A DNA stretch of 64,000 nt. It comes from Octopus vulgaris. Taxonomy: Eukaryota. The DNA is taken from contig OX597819.1 in assembly GCA_951406725.2 (NCBI GenBank), forward strand, positions 62,001 through 126,000, in the 5' to 3' direction. The notes beneath the pieces were generated by a model. That model was not told the DNA's origin and made no database searches. It saw only the letters and a list, made by a program, of their open reading frames with translations. Shown one piece after another: positions 25,521 to 37,817 of this stretch (position 1 is the first letter of the stretch; every line of letters begins with the position of its first letter). A program made the translations under genes and the position numbers.

Positions 25521-27719
25521 TAGAAAAAATTTAGAGGCTGTGAGCTGGTAAATCTATTTCACTGTGGAATTTCGGCGTTAGTCGAAATTCAAGAACTCCT
25601 TGCGACTTTTTGCAGAAACCTAGGATTCCGACGAAAGCCAGTTAGAAAGGATTTTGTTTACTTTTGTGTCACCTGTTGAACCTCTTTAATTAATTTAACC
25701 AGTCGCAGCGAGTTTTAACATGTTTTGTTTTGCATTTTAACGTTTTTTAAATATCTTTTCTGTCTGCTTTCTAAAATCGTATGAATTTAGCTCCGTTGTG
25801 GAATTTAGTATTAATCGTCTTAAATTTTAACCACTTTCCGCAAGTTTTAACCCATTGTTTTTTCTTCTAATTTTCCTTCTGATATTCTATCAGATTATCC
25901 TTACCATGAAAATCGACGTTAATCAAGTATGATACTCCTGCTAAATCCTCCATCACCTGTTTTATCTCTTTAGCCACACGTACCCAGTTCTAACTAGTTT
26001 GTCCTTTTTTGCTGTTCCTTCTTCACTTTTTTAATATTCCACCAAAATGGAAACTGTGTCAGAGACCAGGTCGCAGACAATGCGACGAAAATTTTGACAC
26101 CAAATAATAAATGATTCAACGAAATTAACAGTTTCTGTGTTTTTTGAAAGTCTAAAGTGAATTTTCAGTTCTGTGGTTGCTACCTTATTGTCGTCAACAT
26201 AAAATTCAACGTAGAATTCGCTGTTAGTCAAATGAAATATTTCCTTAAACTCTTACTACTTATTTACACTCTTCAGCCAAATTTTACTCATACCACTTCT
26301 TCCTAGCTTTCCTAATTTTTGAATGGCTAAATGTGTATCTTCCACGCTGTAATTGTTTTAGTTTCAACACACGACCCCAAATCAAATTATTGCCTGGCAA
26401 GCACATCTCCGAACTTCATTCTGCCAAATTATTGTCACATTGTCACTATGGAATTACGTGTTAGTTGAATAAGACAATCTTAATAAATCTCATGTTTTTT
26501 TCCTCACTTAACATCTCTTTCTAATAATCGTTTTCTTTTTAATATCCTTCCAAAATGCTATACAATTCGAGTGTTAGTCGCTAATTGTGATAATTCTTAT
26601 ATTTAGTTTCTTTAACCAGTTGGGTTTCATTTACTGTTCCTTTCTCACTTTTTCTAACGTTTTGCCAATTCAACGTCAGACTAATAAGACTTGTCACTTG
26701 GACTAGTCGTCAGTTCCAGCTAATTTGAAGCAAGTTTTAATTAGTTTTGTTTCCTACTTAACAGAAATATTCTTACAAATTATCGTCTTCAGGAAATTCG
26801 ACCTTAATCGAATACGATATACCTGTGAGTAATAAGTTATTCTCCTTTACTCTCAGATAGTGTAGACATATGACTAATGGTGGTCCCGCCGCGACCATTT
26901 CGACATTTTAGAAAATATCTAGGATTATATTATGCCATTTATCCATTCCTTCTGAAAAAAAAAACTGTAGGGTATAATTTGAGAGAGACTTGACTGCTAA
27001 TTCTAGCAGATTGACGGAACTTATGGATTGAATGATGTATAAACCAAACAATCGTATAGAATTACTTAATCAGAGCGAGGGTGGCAATTCAATGGTGAAG
27101 TGGTGCGTTGCGGTGAGGAGAAAGGACTAGTCCGAGGTTGCCTGCTGAAGTATCTACTTCACACTCACTCGATGAGCAGAATTTTAAGCTAAGAAAACAT
27201 TCCCTAAATGATGTTGTTGCTGTTGTTGCTGTCGATCCCTCGGGCAGACTTGCTTGGAAATCCTTCTTTTGTTTTTTCCATGTGCAGAGCTCCTAGTTTA
27301 ACCAAGATTATCCAAGGCGTCTTTTTCTAAGACGATATGGAGATTCTGCTGCTATTTCTAGCAGGTAGTGCTACTGCATAGAGGCTCCCTCGTTGACTCA
27401 ATTCTTTAAAAGTTAACGGAGCTGTTGTCTTCTTCCAATCAGACTTACGCCATCAGCCTCAAAGAATAATCTCTAATTCGATCCTACTCTAAGCTACTAA
27501 GAATGCGTTTCACAACTTGAAGATCCACCCACCACACGCGATAGACTGGCGGTTGCACGGGCGCGAAAGCTACGTTGTTATCCTCATTCCGCAAACGGTG
27601 GCTTTAAACGGGTGGAGAGCTGAACCATCCTAAGGTACAGAGGATTCGCAATCTAGACATGGTTCTGAAAGTTTACCACACCATAGTGGGTTACACCATG
27701 GTTCCGCTGCTTTGTGGCA

Positions 27720-27925
27720 GAAGTAGGAAGAAATAGTGAGAGAAAGTTATGGTGAAAGAGTACAGCGGGGTTCACCCCCCCACCCCCCACCCCCGGCCGG
27801 TGCCTCGTGGAGCTTAGGTGGTTTTGCTCAATAAACACTCACAATGCCCGGTCTGGGAATCGAATCGGCGTTCTTACGACCGCGAGTCCGCTGCCCTAAC
27901 CACTGGGCTATTGCGCCTCCACACG
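27720..27925 (-). mobile_element. SINE family C, 5' half
   Basis: Reverse complement of the 57479 head (GCGCAAT.GCCCAGTGGTTAGGGCAGCGGACTCGCGGTC). Confidence 0.8.
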
Positions 27926-28349
27926 GAGCTGTTGTTGCTGCTGCCGTATACAATGCAGTGTTTACTCAAGTCTCCAGGTGCCTGATTACGTCCACATAGA
28001 CTGAGACATTTCACTGTTAGATGTCTTAAAAACAGCACCAGAAATTGCTTACAAACTGCTGGCACAAACTGAGAAGCACAGTTTCTCAACCATTTTGATT
28101 TTGTGATACATTTCGGAACATAAAAAAAAACTGACAGGCATACTTCGTATGGAAGTTTATAAAAAAGTATAAAACTATTGTTCACCTTGTGATACTAACC
28201 GTACTCGTGTATAACAAAATTTTATGAATGTTGTTAATACAGTTAATAACATTTTATCAACTCTGACCTTCGCGAGTTTCGTTAAATTTAATGAGTTTTC
28301 ATTCCAACTCCCACATATCGGAATTCTACTTTCTGCATCTACTAAAATA

Positions 28350-29000
28350 TTGGTTTCAAATTTTGGCACAAGGCTAGCAGTTTCGGGGGAGTGGGTAAGT
28401 CGATTACATCGACCCCAGTGCTCACTCAACAGGTACTTATTTTATTGACCCTGAAAGGACGAAAAGCAAAGTCGTCCTCGGCGGTATTTGAACTCAGAAC
28501 GTCAAGATGGACGAAATGATGCAAAGCATTTTACTCGGCGTGTTAGCGATTTATTTTCTACTCTAGGCACAAGGCCCGAAATTTTGGGGGAGGGGGTCAG
28601 TCGATTAGATTGATCCCAGTACGCAACTGGTATCGACCCCTAAAAGATGAAAGGCAAAGTTGAACCTCGGCGGAATTTGAACTCAGAACGTAGCGGCAGA
28701 CGAAATACTTATTTCTTTACTAACCACAAGGGGCTAAATACAGAGAGGACAAACAAGGACAGACACATGGATTAAGTCGATTGAATCGACCCCAGTGCGT
28801 AACTGGTACTTATTTAATCGACTCCGAAAGGATGAAAGGCAAAGTCGACCTCGGCGGAATTTGAACTCAGAACATAACATTCTTACCCCAGTGCGTAACT
28901 GGTACTTATTTAATCGACTCCGAAAGGATGAAAGGCAAAGTCGACCTCGGCGGAATTTGAACTCAGAACATAACGGCAGACGAAATACCGCTAAGCATGT
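28350..29000 (-). mobile_element. Cluster of about four nested or tandem SINE family B copies with different 3' tails
   Basis: GATGAAAGGCAAAGTCGACCTCGGCGGAATTTGAACTCAGAAC repeated, including a duplicate of about 95 bp at about 28790 and 28886. Confidence 0.85.
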
Positions 29001-29181
29001 CGCTTTAGGTATCTACTAAAATATCTCGCCTAAGCTTACGTTTCCAGAAGTAATGTATGAGTTTGTTTCAGCATTTGATTAATGTGAGTTAAATGTAAAT
29101 TTGGCCTACCATTGTTCGCTCAATTAGAGAAAGAAAAATAACAAAAAAAACGGAAACGTATCCCGGCGACTTAGCTTCTTT

Positions 29182-29752
29182 ATTACTTCCACCTTAGCGA
29201 AGGCGGAAGTATTGTTTTTAGTCATGTTTGTTTGTTTGTCCGTGGACAAAGATATCTCAAGAACCGCTGGATGGATTCAGATGAAACTTTCAGGGCTTTT
29301 TAGCCGCGTTACAGGCACGAACTGATTAAATTTTGGTGCAGGACAAGGATTCTGGGTTATTTGTTATATTTACTTTACTTTTCATGAAGTATTACGATCT
29401 TACGTTGACTTTCAAGTCTTTCTCTGATTATCTCCCTTGAAAGCACGCGGATGGTTTCCACATAATTTATGGCGGCGTTACTGTTTCCAAAGTTTTATTT
29501 TCGTTTCTCTATTATCAATTTTACTCGCGTCTCTATCTTATAAGAAACTGATGGTTTATGAAATCAAACTACATAAACCGTTCAGAAATTAAGTAACACT
29601 AACATATTCAGTGGCAATAATATATTTGATTTATCCTCGACAGTTTTTAGTTTTATCAATTTTGAATATATCGCTCCTGTTTAAAACCTCTTACCTACTT
29701 GACAATTGCTTTTCTAGTTCTGCCTTGAAGGAAGCTTTTCTTCTTGGACTCA
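29182..29752 (+). mobile_element. Helentron-associated (HINE/DINE-1-like) non-autonomous element
   Basis: Terminal hairpin TACTTCCACCTTAGCGAAGGCGGAAGTA, then (GTTT)n; reverse-complement homolog at 49391-49960. Confidence 0.6.
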
Positions 29753-30035
29753 ACTGATGAAGGGAATGTTCTTTATGTTGCCTGTCTACTTTCTCTATTT
29801 GTTTCTTTCGTTGTACGAAAAAAGTTCGTATTCCATGCTTTTGCTTTTTATGTCCTCGTTTCTCAGTTTGTTAACGTTTTCTTTTATGTTCTGTACCCAT
29901 ATATGCATGCATATATACATATATATGTAGGCATGCACATGTATGTGTATATATATGCATATATATGTATATATATATTATGTATATTATTATATGATCG
30001 AACGCCTCGCATCCATTTCCAAGTAGGTTTTATCT

Positions 30036-30103
<68 letters not shown>

Positions 30104-30329
30104 ATTGAAGAAATGGAGTTGAACGAAGATTGAACAGAAATCCTTTTATATATATAAATATTAGGGAATAAATCCAAATTTACAGGGAAAAAATCAGATT
30201 TAGGATTAAATCCAATTTTATAGTAAAATATTACATAATATTAATTCGAGACAAAACCACTATTTTGCAAAACAAACAAGGAAAGACTTAATCAATACAT
30301 AAACATTTTTATTATAAAGAAATAAACCG

Positions 30330-30372
30330 CCACTACAATCGTTTCATGTCTTCAATGACATTCGTCAGGTGG
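30330..30372 (-). ncRNA. Type I hammerhead ribozyme motif (antisense twin of 30461-30503)
   Basis: Reverse complement of the + strand motif, within inverted arms 30235-30407 / 30425-30597. Confidence 0.88.
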
Positions 30373-30460
30373 ATTTTCGATCTCCTAATCTGTTTTAATT
30401 TATGAAGTTCTGTAAATTAAATTTACTTCATAAATTAAAACAGATTAGGAGATCGAAAAT

Positions 30461-30503
30461 CCACCTGACGAATGTCATTGAAGACATGAAACGATTGTAG
30501 TGG
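30461..30503 (+). ncRNA. Type I minimal hammerhead ribozyme motif (predicted GUA cleavage after 30499)
   Basis: CCAC-CTGACGA-ATGTC(attgaa)GACAT-GAA-AC(gatt)GT-A-GTGG: complete core, stems of 4, 5 and 2 bp. Confidence 0.9.
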
Positions 30504-30587
30504 CGGTTTATTCTTTATATTAAAAATTTTTATGTATTGATTAAGTCTTTCCTTGTTTGTTTTGCAAAATAGTGGTTTTGTCTCGAA

Positions 30588-30652
<65 letters not shown>

Positions 30653-30859
30653 CATTGTGCAAATAAGATAACGCTTGTTATGTTGTAGAGAATAAATATA
30701 TTGTGAATGCTTTATTAATAGATGGATGTTGGAGTGTATTGTCAAGAAAACACTTTATTCACTTGAATAACTTATCACAAGCACCAGTGGTGGATTAATT
30801 TATCAATAGAATATTATGATTAGTTTTATCAAATGACTTATTATAAACAATTTATAAAT

Positions 30860-30890
<31 letters not shown>

Positions 30891-30945
30891 TCTTTTATAT
30901 GTTTCAGCCTTGAGGCTGTGGCCATACTGGGTTACCACCATTAGT

Positions 30946-30977
<32 letters not shown>

Positions 30978-30984
30978 TCATTCA

Positions 30985-31195
30985 TTCTTTTACACGTTTC
31001 AGTCATTTTGACTGCAGACGTGCTGGAGCACCGCCTTAAAGGGTTTAAGTCGAAGAAATCAACCCCAAGACTTATTCTTTGTAAGCCTAGTATTTATTAT
31101 ATCGCTCTTTTTGCTGAACAGCTAAGTTACGGAGATCTAAGTGCACCAACATCCGTTGTCAAGCGTTGGTGGGGGGAGAAATACAGACACAAATA
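30985..31195 (-). mobile_element. SINE family A, 3' half
   Basis: GTTTCAGTCATTTTGACTGC...GCTGGAGCACCGCCTT matches about 44970-45150. Confidence 0.75.
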
Positions 31196-31208
31196 CACAC
31201 ACACACAA

Positions 31209-31313
<105 letters not shown>

Positions 31314-31820
31314 ACAATTGAGGGTAAAATTAATTAGTTATTAATCAATTTCACCAAGTAGTGTTCAGTATGTAAAAGGACCATTTAAGGCGAATTCAAA
31401 ATATTATATTATATAATTAGGGCTTAGTAAAATAAATTACTTTGCCACATACTGAACTATCTAGAAATAGCAGCCAAAAAAGATTTTGTTAGTACTGGCA
31501 GTCTGAGCGGTTCATCTGAGGTGATACGTCGCCGAAGGGTATGTTCTTCCTTTTAGTGCTTCCAAATCCAAATTAAGAAATGTTGAGCTGACGAAAGAAA
31601 TGCTGAGTTTATTTGGCTAATCTAGAAACGTTAACGTTCTCAAATAATCTTTGTACTTGTGATATTTTTCTGTTTTTACCTCCATAACTTCGTGAGTTAT
31701 TTATAAGTAAACATTATCTGAGAGAAATTTTCTTAAAGTGGTGGAAATGGCTAAAAAAATTTTTTGGCTGCTATTTCTAGAAAGTTCAGTATGTGGCAAA
31801 GTAATTTATTTTACTAAGCC

Positions 31821-31952
<132 letters not shown>

Positions 31953-31998
31953 TAGATATATCTGTAAATGAAATATGCGACAATTATTCGGTAGCCAT

Positions 31999-32059
31999 GA
32001 TAAAACTCCGAGTTTCGGATGCCGAGGTGGAAATCCACGCCGCCATCTCTTCAGTTATC
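31999..32059 (-). ncRNA. Type I hammerhead ribozyme motif with long stem II
   Basis: Minus strand GATAA-CTGAAGA-GATGGCGGCGTGGATTTCCACCTCGGCATCC-GAA-ACT(cgg)AGT-T-TTATC. Confidence 0.8.
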
Positions 32060-32169
32060 CGTCCATCGGATAACTAAATGAGCTATTCAAAAGTATTTTC
32101 ACTCCGCCCCTAGGATACTTGCGAGTCAGAAATCCAACTGACTTTTTTTTTACCACTGTAGATATAAAA

Positions 32170-35155
32170 ATAGAGGCAGTGATGATCGATTACATCAATA
32201 TAAAGTAAGACGATGTAATAAGGGCTATAGATGAAATGAACTCAAACTCAGCTACTGGCCCTGATGGATTCCCAGCAATCTTTCTAAAAGCATGTAAGCG
32301 AGTCCTAGCAAGAAACACTGCAGTCCCTCTTTCAGAGCTTCTCCAGCAACTGGCAAACTTCCAAGAGAACTGAAGCAGGGTAAAATATGCCCTATTCATA
32401 AAGGAGGTAACAGAGCGGAGGCCAAGAACTACAGACCTATCTCTCTGACTTGCACATCAGCAAGGTAATGGAACGAATAGTCAGAAGAAAACTAATTGCC
32501 TTCCTTGAAGAAAATGACTTGATACCTGACACCCAACGTGGTATCCAACCAGGAAGAAGCTGCCTAACTCAGCTCTTACAACACTATGACTGGATGCTGA
32601 AACATCTGCTCAATCACTCAAATGTAGAAGTGATATATCTCGACTTTGGAAAATTGAGAGAATGGCTTCATGACTTTCTGGAGGATAGAAGTCAGGTGGT
32701 AGTAGCCAATGGGACCACCTCCAATAAAACGCAAATACCGAGCGGTGTTCCGTAAGGCTCAATTTTGGGAACACTACTGTTCGTAATGGCCCTCTCAGCC
32801 ATGCCCTCAGCCACACAGAGAGCCACGATCACAAGTTATGCAGATGATACAAAAACGTCTCACAGGTAATACATAACCCTGAAGACACTATGTACTTGCA
32901 ATGTGAGCTGGATACAAGTGGGCTGAAAAGAATAGCATGCTGAAAAGTTTCAAGCCTTGTGCTATCAGCATGCAAAACTAAATGCAATACCCATTAAATA
33001 CACTGGACCTGGAGGGATTGCAATCCTAGAGGCACAGTCAGTTCGAGATTTACATGAGTAATGATGCATCCTTCCATGTGCATGTTGCTAAATTGGCAAT
33101 GAAATGCAGGCGGCTGACAAGATGGATTCTTAGAACTTTTAGAACAAGAGATCAGGAAACCATGATGGTCCTCTGGAGGACACTTGTCCTAAGCCACTTT
33201 GGCTATTGTTCTCAGCTATGGTCACCAACCAGTGTCAAATTAATCTCAGAACTTGAGGCAATCCAACTAAGCTACACGAAGAAGATAGCCTCTATGAAGC
33301 ATATACGCTACTAGGAAAAACTCAGGAGATTAAGACTCTATTCCTTAGAGCGTAGGCGAGAAAGATATGCCATAATATACATCTGGAAGATCCTGGAAGG
33401 ATTTGTCCCAAACTTTGGCATCGAGAGTTACATAAATACTATTGGGTTGTCCGAAAGTTCGTGCCGATTTTTAAAGGAAAGAAAAAGGTCAATAAATACT
33501 TGCCATTACATTTTTAATCAACCAAATGTGAACCATTTTGATGCACAATGCGACTCCATCTTTCCTTTAACTTGAAAATACCCTCTTCCCAGAATTGAGG
33601 TGGTTTCATGGCAAAGAATTCATCAAGGTATCTTTTTATGTCATCCAAGGAATTGAAATTTTTACCATTAAGACTATTCTGCAGAGACCTGAATAAGTGG
33701 AAATCCGAAGGAACAATATCTGGTGAATATGGAGGGTGGGGTAACACATCCCAGCCGAGCTGCAGCAATTTTTGTCTGGTTCCTAAAGAAACGTGCGGTC
33801 TTGCATTATCATGTTGGAAAACAACCCCCTCATGTTGGCCAATTCTGGGCGCTTCTCTTGAATTGCTGCTTTTAACTTGTCCAGTTTTGTGCAGTATTTC
33901 TCAGAATTAATTGTCTGGTTACTTGGGAGAAGCTCATAGTACAGAATTCCTTTCCACTCCCACTAGACACAAAGCAAGACTTTTTTAGGGCGAAGACACG
34001 CTTTTGGGATGGCTTTCTCTGAACATTTCGGTAGATAATCCATTTCTCATCACCTGTCATAATTTGCTTTAAAAAAGGCGCGTTTTCATTCCGTTTATAA
34101 AGCGAAACACAGATGGAAATGTGATCCAAAAGGTTCTTCTTACTCAACTCATGTTCCGAGCTGGAGATTGTAGCCTTATTGATAAAAAGAGATCAGGCAG
34201 ACCATCCACAACATATGATGACCAAATCAAGTCATTAATTGAGAATAACCCACATTTCACAACGCGGGAATTAGCAGAAAGCACCAACCTATCAAAATCC
34301 GTCATTCATGAGCACCTTGTAAAGCTTGGGTACACAAACCGCTACGATGTTTGGTGCTTTCTGCCAATTCCCGGGTTGTGCAATGTGGGTTATTCTCAAT
34401 TAATGACTTGATTTGGTCATCATATGTTGTGGATGGTCTGCCTGATCTCTTTTCATCAATAAGGCTACAATCTCCAGCTCGGAACCTTGCAAACCACTTA
34501 CGTACAGTTCTTTCGGATAAAGAAACATCACCGTAAACTGCGCATGTTTCTTTGGTTGCTTGTGAGGCATTTTTCCCTTTACGGAAAAAGAAAAGTATCA
34601 AGTGCCGAAAATGAACTTTCTTATCTTCCATTTTAAAGGGTTACAGGTTATAGGAACATAAACCTTCTTCCACGAAAAGATAGCTTAAACCGTGCTCTAA
34701 ATGGAAGTGTAGTCAAATCCTATTTCATGGACTCAACTATGTTCTAAAATAAGTCGGAAGGTAAGCTACAATAAATCGGCACGAACTTTCCGGACAACCC
34801 AATAGATCTGGGCGTCACTGCATAGTGCCAAGGACACCAAATTTGCCATCAAGATATTGGACAAGATACTACAACAGCCTGGTCTTCGGGGACCACAGCT
34901 CTTCAATATCCTCCCGAAGGACCTGAGAGACCTGCATGGGGTGGATGTAGGTGTCTTCAAAATAAAGCTGGACCTCTTACTGTCAAGTGTCCCAAATGAG
35001 CCAACTTCGTGGCTGGAGGGGCAGATGAGGGCAGCTGTACCCTCATGTACCAGATGCCAATTCCTAAAAAGCATTCGTGAAGTAAAATTATGTAGCAACA
35101 CCAAATGGCGGTGCCCCAGCATGGCCACAGCTCATGAGCTGAAATTAGATAAATA
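32170..35155 (+). mobile_element. Degenerate CR1/L2-group LINE (RT and 3' end) interrupted by a mariner at 33442-34802
   Basis: GPDGFP, NYRPISLT, IYLDF, SGVP.GS, YADD, YCSQLWSP, GPQLFNILP; multiple frameshifts. Confidence 0.85.
33442..34802 (-). mobile_element. Mariner DNA transposon, defective transposase (33514-34631)
   Basis: TIRs TTGGGTTGTCCG(A/G)AAGTTCGTGCCGATTT; TA TSD; HTH N-terminus; TGDEKW, HDNARPH and HPPYSPDIVPSDFHLF motifs. Confidence 0.95.
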
Positions 35156-35333
35156 TATTTTGAAGACACCTACATCCACCCCATGCAGGTCTCTCAGGTC
35201 CTTCGGGAGGATATTGAAGAGCTGTGGTCCCCGAAGACCAGGCTGTTGTAGTATCTTGTCCAATATCTTGATGGCAAATTTGGTGTCCTTGGCACTATGC
35301 AGTGACGCCCAGATCTATTGGGTTGTCCGGAAA

Positions 35334-35385
<52 letters not shown>

Positions 35386-35782
35386 CCAAGAGAGTTAGAG
35401 GCTGTGAATCCAACCAACTAAGGGATAATATCTATCCAATATACAGCTGGTAGAATACCCAATTACTAATACACAAAGTGTTTTTTCATTGCATGGCAAT
35501 TACATTACCGAGTGTAATAAATGGGTGAGGGTAAAAAGTTATTTTACCCTTAATTTATATAGCAAAAGAAAATGGAAGGGTCAAGAGTTGGTATTCATCA
35601 ACTAATAGACATTATATTATGTCTATTTGTAATATTATATACTGTTTTTTTTAAAAATAAACTTGTAATAAATTATCTTTCATATGCAGTATATTAAAAC
35701 AATATCCCCTAAGTAATATCACTTTAACTGAAAATTCATATATATATATGAATTCATCTACATTTTGTTTTTCTGTAAATTT

Positions 35783-35842
<60 letters not shown>

Positions 35843-35970
35843 CGGGAAGCTTTATGAAAATAGACAAAAGACGAAGGCAGGTTTACGGAAATAAACAAAA
35901 GACGAAGGCAGGTGGAATACAAACAAACAATTGTATTAGTATGGCGCTCAGGAAATATAAATAAAACAAG

Positions 35971-36008
35971 TCTTTAACGTTTCGAGCCTACGCTCTTCAA
36001 CAGAAAGA
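35971..36008 (-). ncRNA. Variant minimal hammerhead-like motif (A6->U, extra A before stem II)
   Basis: Minus strand TCTTT-CTGTTGA-A-GAGC(gtag)GCTC-GAA-ACGT-T-AAAGA with palindromic ACGT in stem III. Confidence 0.65.
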
Positions 36009-36104
36009 TACACAGAGAAGAAACACAGAAAGAAGGAGAGAAAAAAATGCGTGCAGAAGCTAGCGAATCAACATGGCGATCTGATTTCGGCCAGAAGTCA
36101 AAGA

Positions 36105-37817
36105 TCAAACGTGAGATGCAAGAGCGAAATTAGGGGAGATAATAGGGTTAAATGACCTCGCTCCAACATAAGAGTGTGTGTGTGTGTGTGTGAGAAGAGT
36201 GTGTGTGTGTGTATGAGAGAGTATTAGTGCATATGAGAGGTCTGGACGTGTGTATGTATATATGATGTGATGTGTAAAGTCGTATGGTGTAGTGTAGAGA
36301 GAGGAGATGAGGGAAGAGGGGGGAGGTAAGGGGGGAGGGGTGGGGTGAGGGGGAGAAAGAAAGGGGAGAAGAGGGGAGAAGGAAAGGGGAGAAGAGGAGG
36401 GGAAGGGGGAGAAGGAAGGAGAGGAGAAGAGGAGGGGAGAGAAGGGGAGAAGGAAGGAGAGGAGGGGAGAGGAGGAGGGAGGATAGAGGGAGAGGGGGAG
36501 AGAGAGAGAAGGGGAGTGAGGGAGCAGAGAGAAAGAAGGAAGGGGAAGAGGGAAGAAGGAGGGAGGGAGAAAGAGGGAAGAAGGGAAGAGGAGTAGGGGT
36601 GAAAGGATGAAGGACTGAAGAGAAGTAGGGGTCGGGGGGAGGTTAGATGAGGAGGAGGGAGAGGGGGTTAGATGAGGAGGGGGAGAGTTGAGACCAAATG
36701 GCGTATAAGAGCGAAGAGAGAAGATTAAATCCTGTTCACGGCGCAAACGGGAATCCGGATGGCCTCTGTGTAAGGACAAACCGAACACAGACAGGTGTTG
36801 CAAGGAGTGACCGGTGGAGCGGAAATGGCGTGAGACCGGTGTGTCGTTCGCAAGGCGGATGTCCCGGAGGTGTTCCGCGAACCGGTCAGCCAAGCGGCGT
36901 CCCGTTTGTCCGATGTACAGGGAATGGCAGAAAGAGCAAGAGACGCAATAGATAATATTGCTGGAGGTGCAGGTGAAGGAGTTGATGATGCGATAGGGTC
37001 GATGATGGGTGCCAGTGAGGAGGGTGGTGTTGGAGAGGTAAGGGCAAGCGCGGCAACGTGGGCGGGAGCAAGGGAACGAGCCAGGTTGGGAGGTAGGGTC
37101 AGGGAAGAAGCTATGGACCAAAAGGTCTCGAAGGTTATGGGCTCGTTTGAAAGAGGGGAGGGGTCGGTTAGGGAAGAGGTGTGAAGTGGACGGGTCGGAC
37201 TGGAGATGACGGAAAGCTCGAAGAATGGTGCGTTGGAGAGGTAGGGTCGTGGGGTGGTAAGTGAGGGGAAAAGGGAGGCGGGAGACTACAGGGCGGGTTC
37301 GGGGAGAGAGAGCAGATACACGGTCCACGGAACGTGCTCTTGCAAGGGCGGTGTGGATAGTGGTGAGGGGGTATCCACGTAGGATGAAGTGGTGAGCCAT
37401 ACGTTGAGACTGAGTCTCAAAGTCATGGTCGTCACTACAGAGCCTACGTAGACGGAGGAATTGGGAATAGGGGATGGAAAGCTTGGTGTGTTCTGTTTGG
37501 GAGGAAGGGAAGTTGAGGTATGAGTGTGAGTCTGTGTGTTTGTAGTGAATGGAGGTGGTAAGAGTGGAGTGAAGAATGCTAACCGAAATGTCGAGGAAGG
37601 AGACAGAGGTGTTGGAGATAGTGGAAGTGAAGTGGAGGGCTGGATGGAAAGATTGAACGAAAGAGAGGACGGAATCTAGATGTTCACGGGAGAGTGAGGT
37701 GGCACCGATAATGTCGTCAATGTAACGACCATATAGTTCAGGAGTGGGACCAGTGAAATTAGAGAATATTTGGGCCTCAACATAGCCAACGAACAGGTTC
37801 GCATAGTTGGGGCCCAT
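36105..37817 (-). pseudogene. Penelope-like RT (C-terminal half) and GIY-YIG endonuclease; reads through into low-complexity sequence
   Basis: MGPNYANLF, RYIDD, SFLDI, HYKHTDSHSYL, CSRPRCRAC, IIYCVSC..C..LYIGQTGRRLADRFAEH. Confidence 0.9.

Noticed and set aside
31585-31615. CTGACGA-AA-GAAA
   Set aside because: No stem II or stem I pairing
33514-34631. Domesticated SETMAR-like gene
   Set aside because: No SET domain; TIRs and TSD are intact and the transposase is broken
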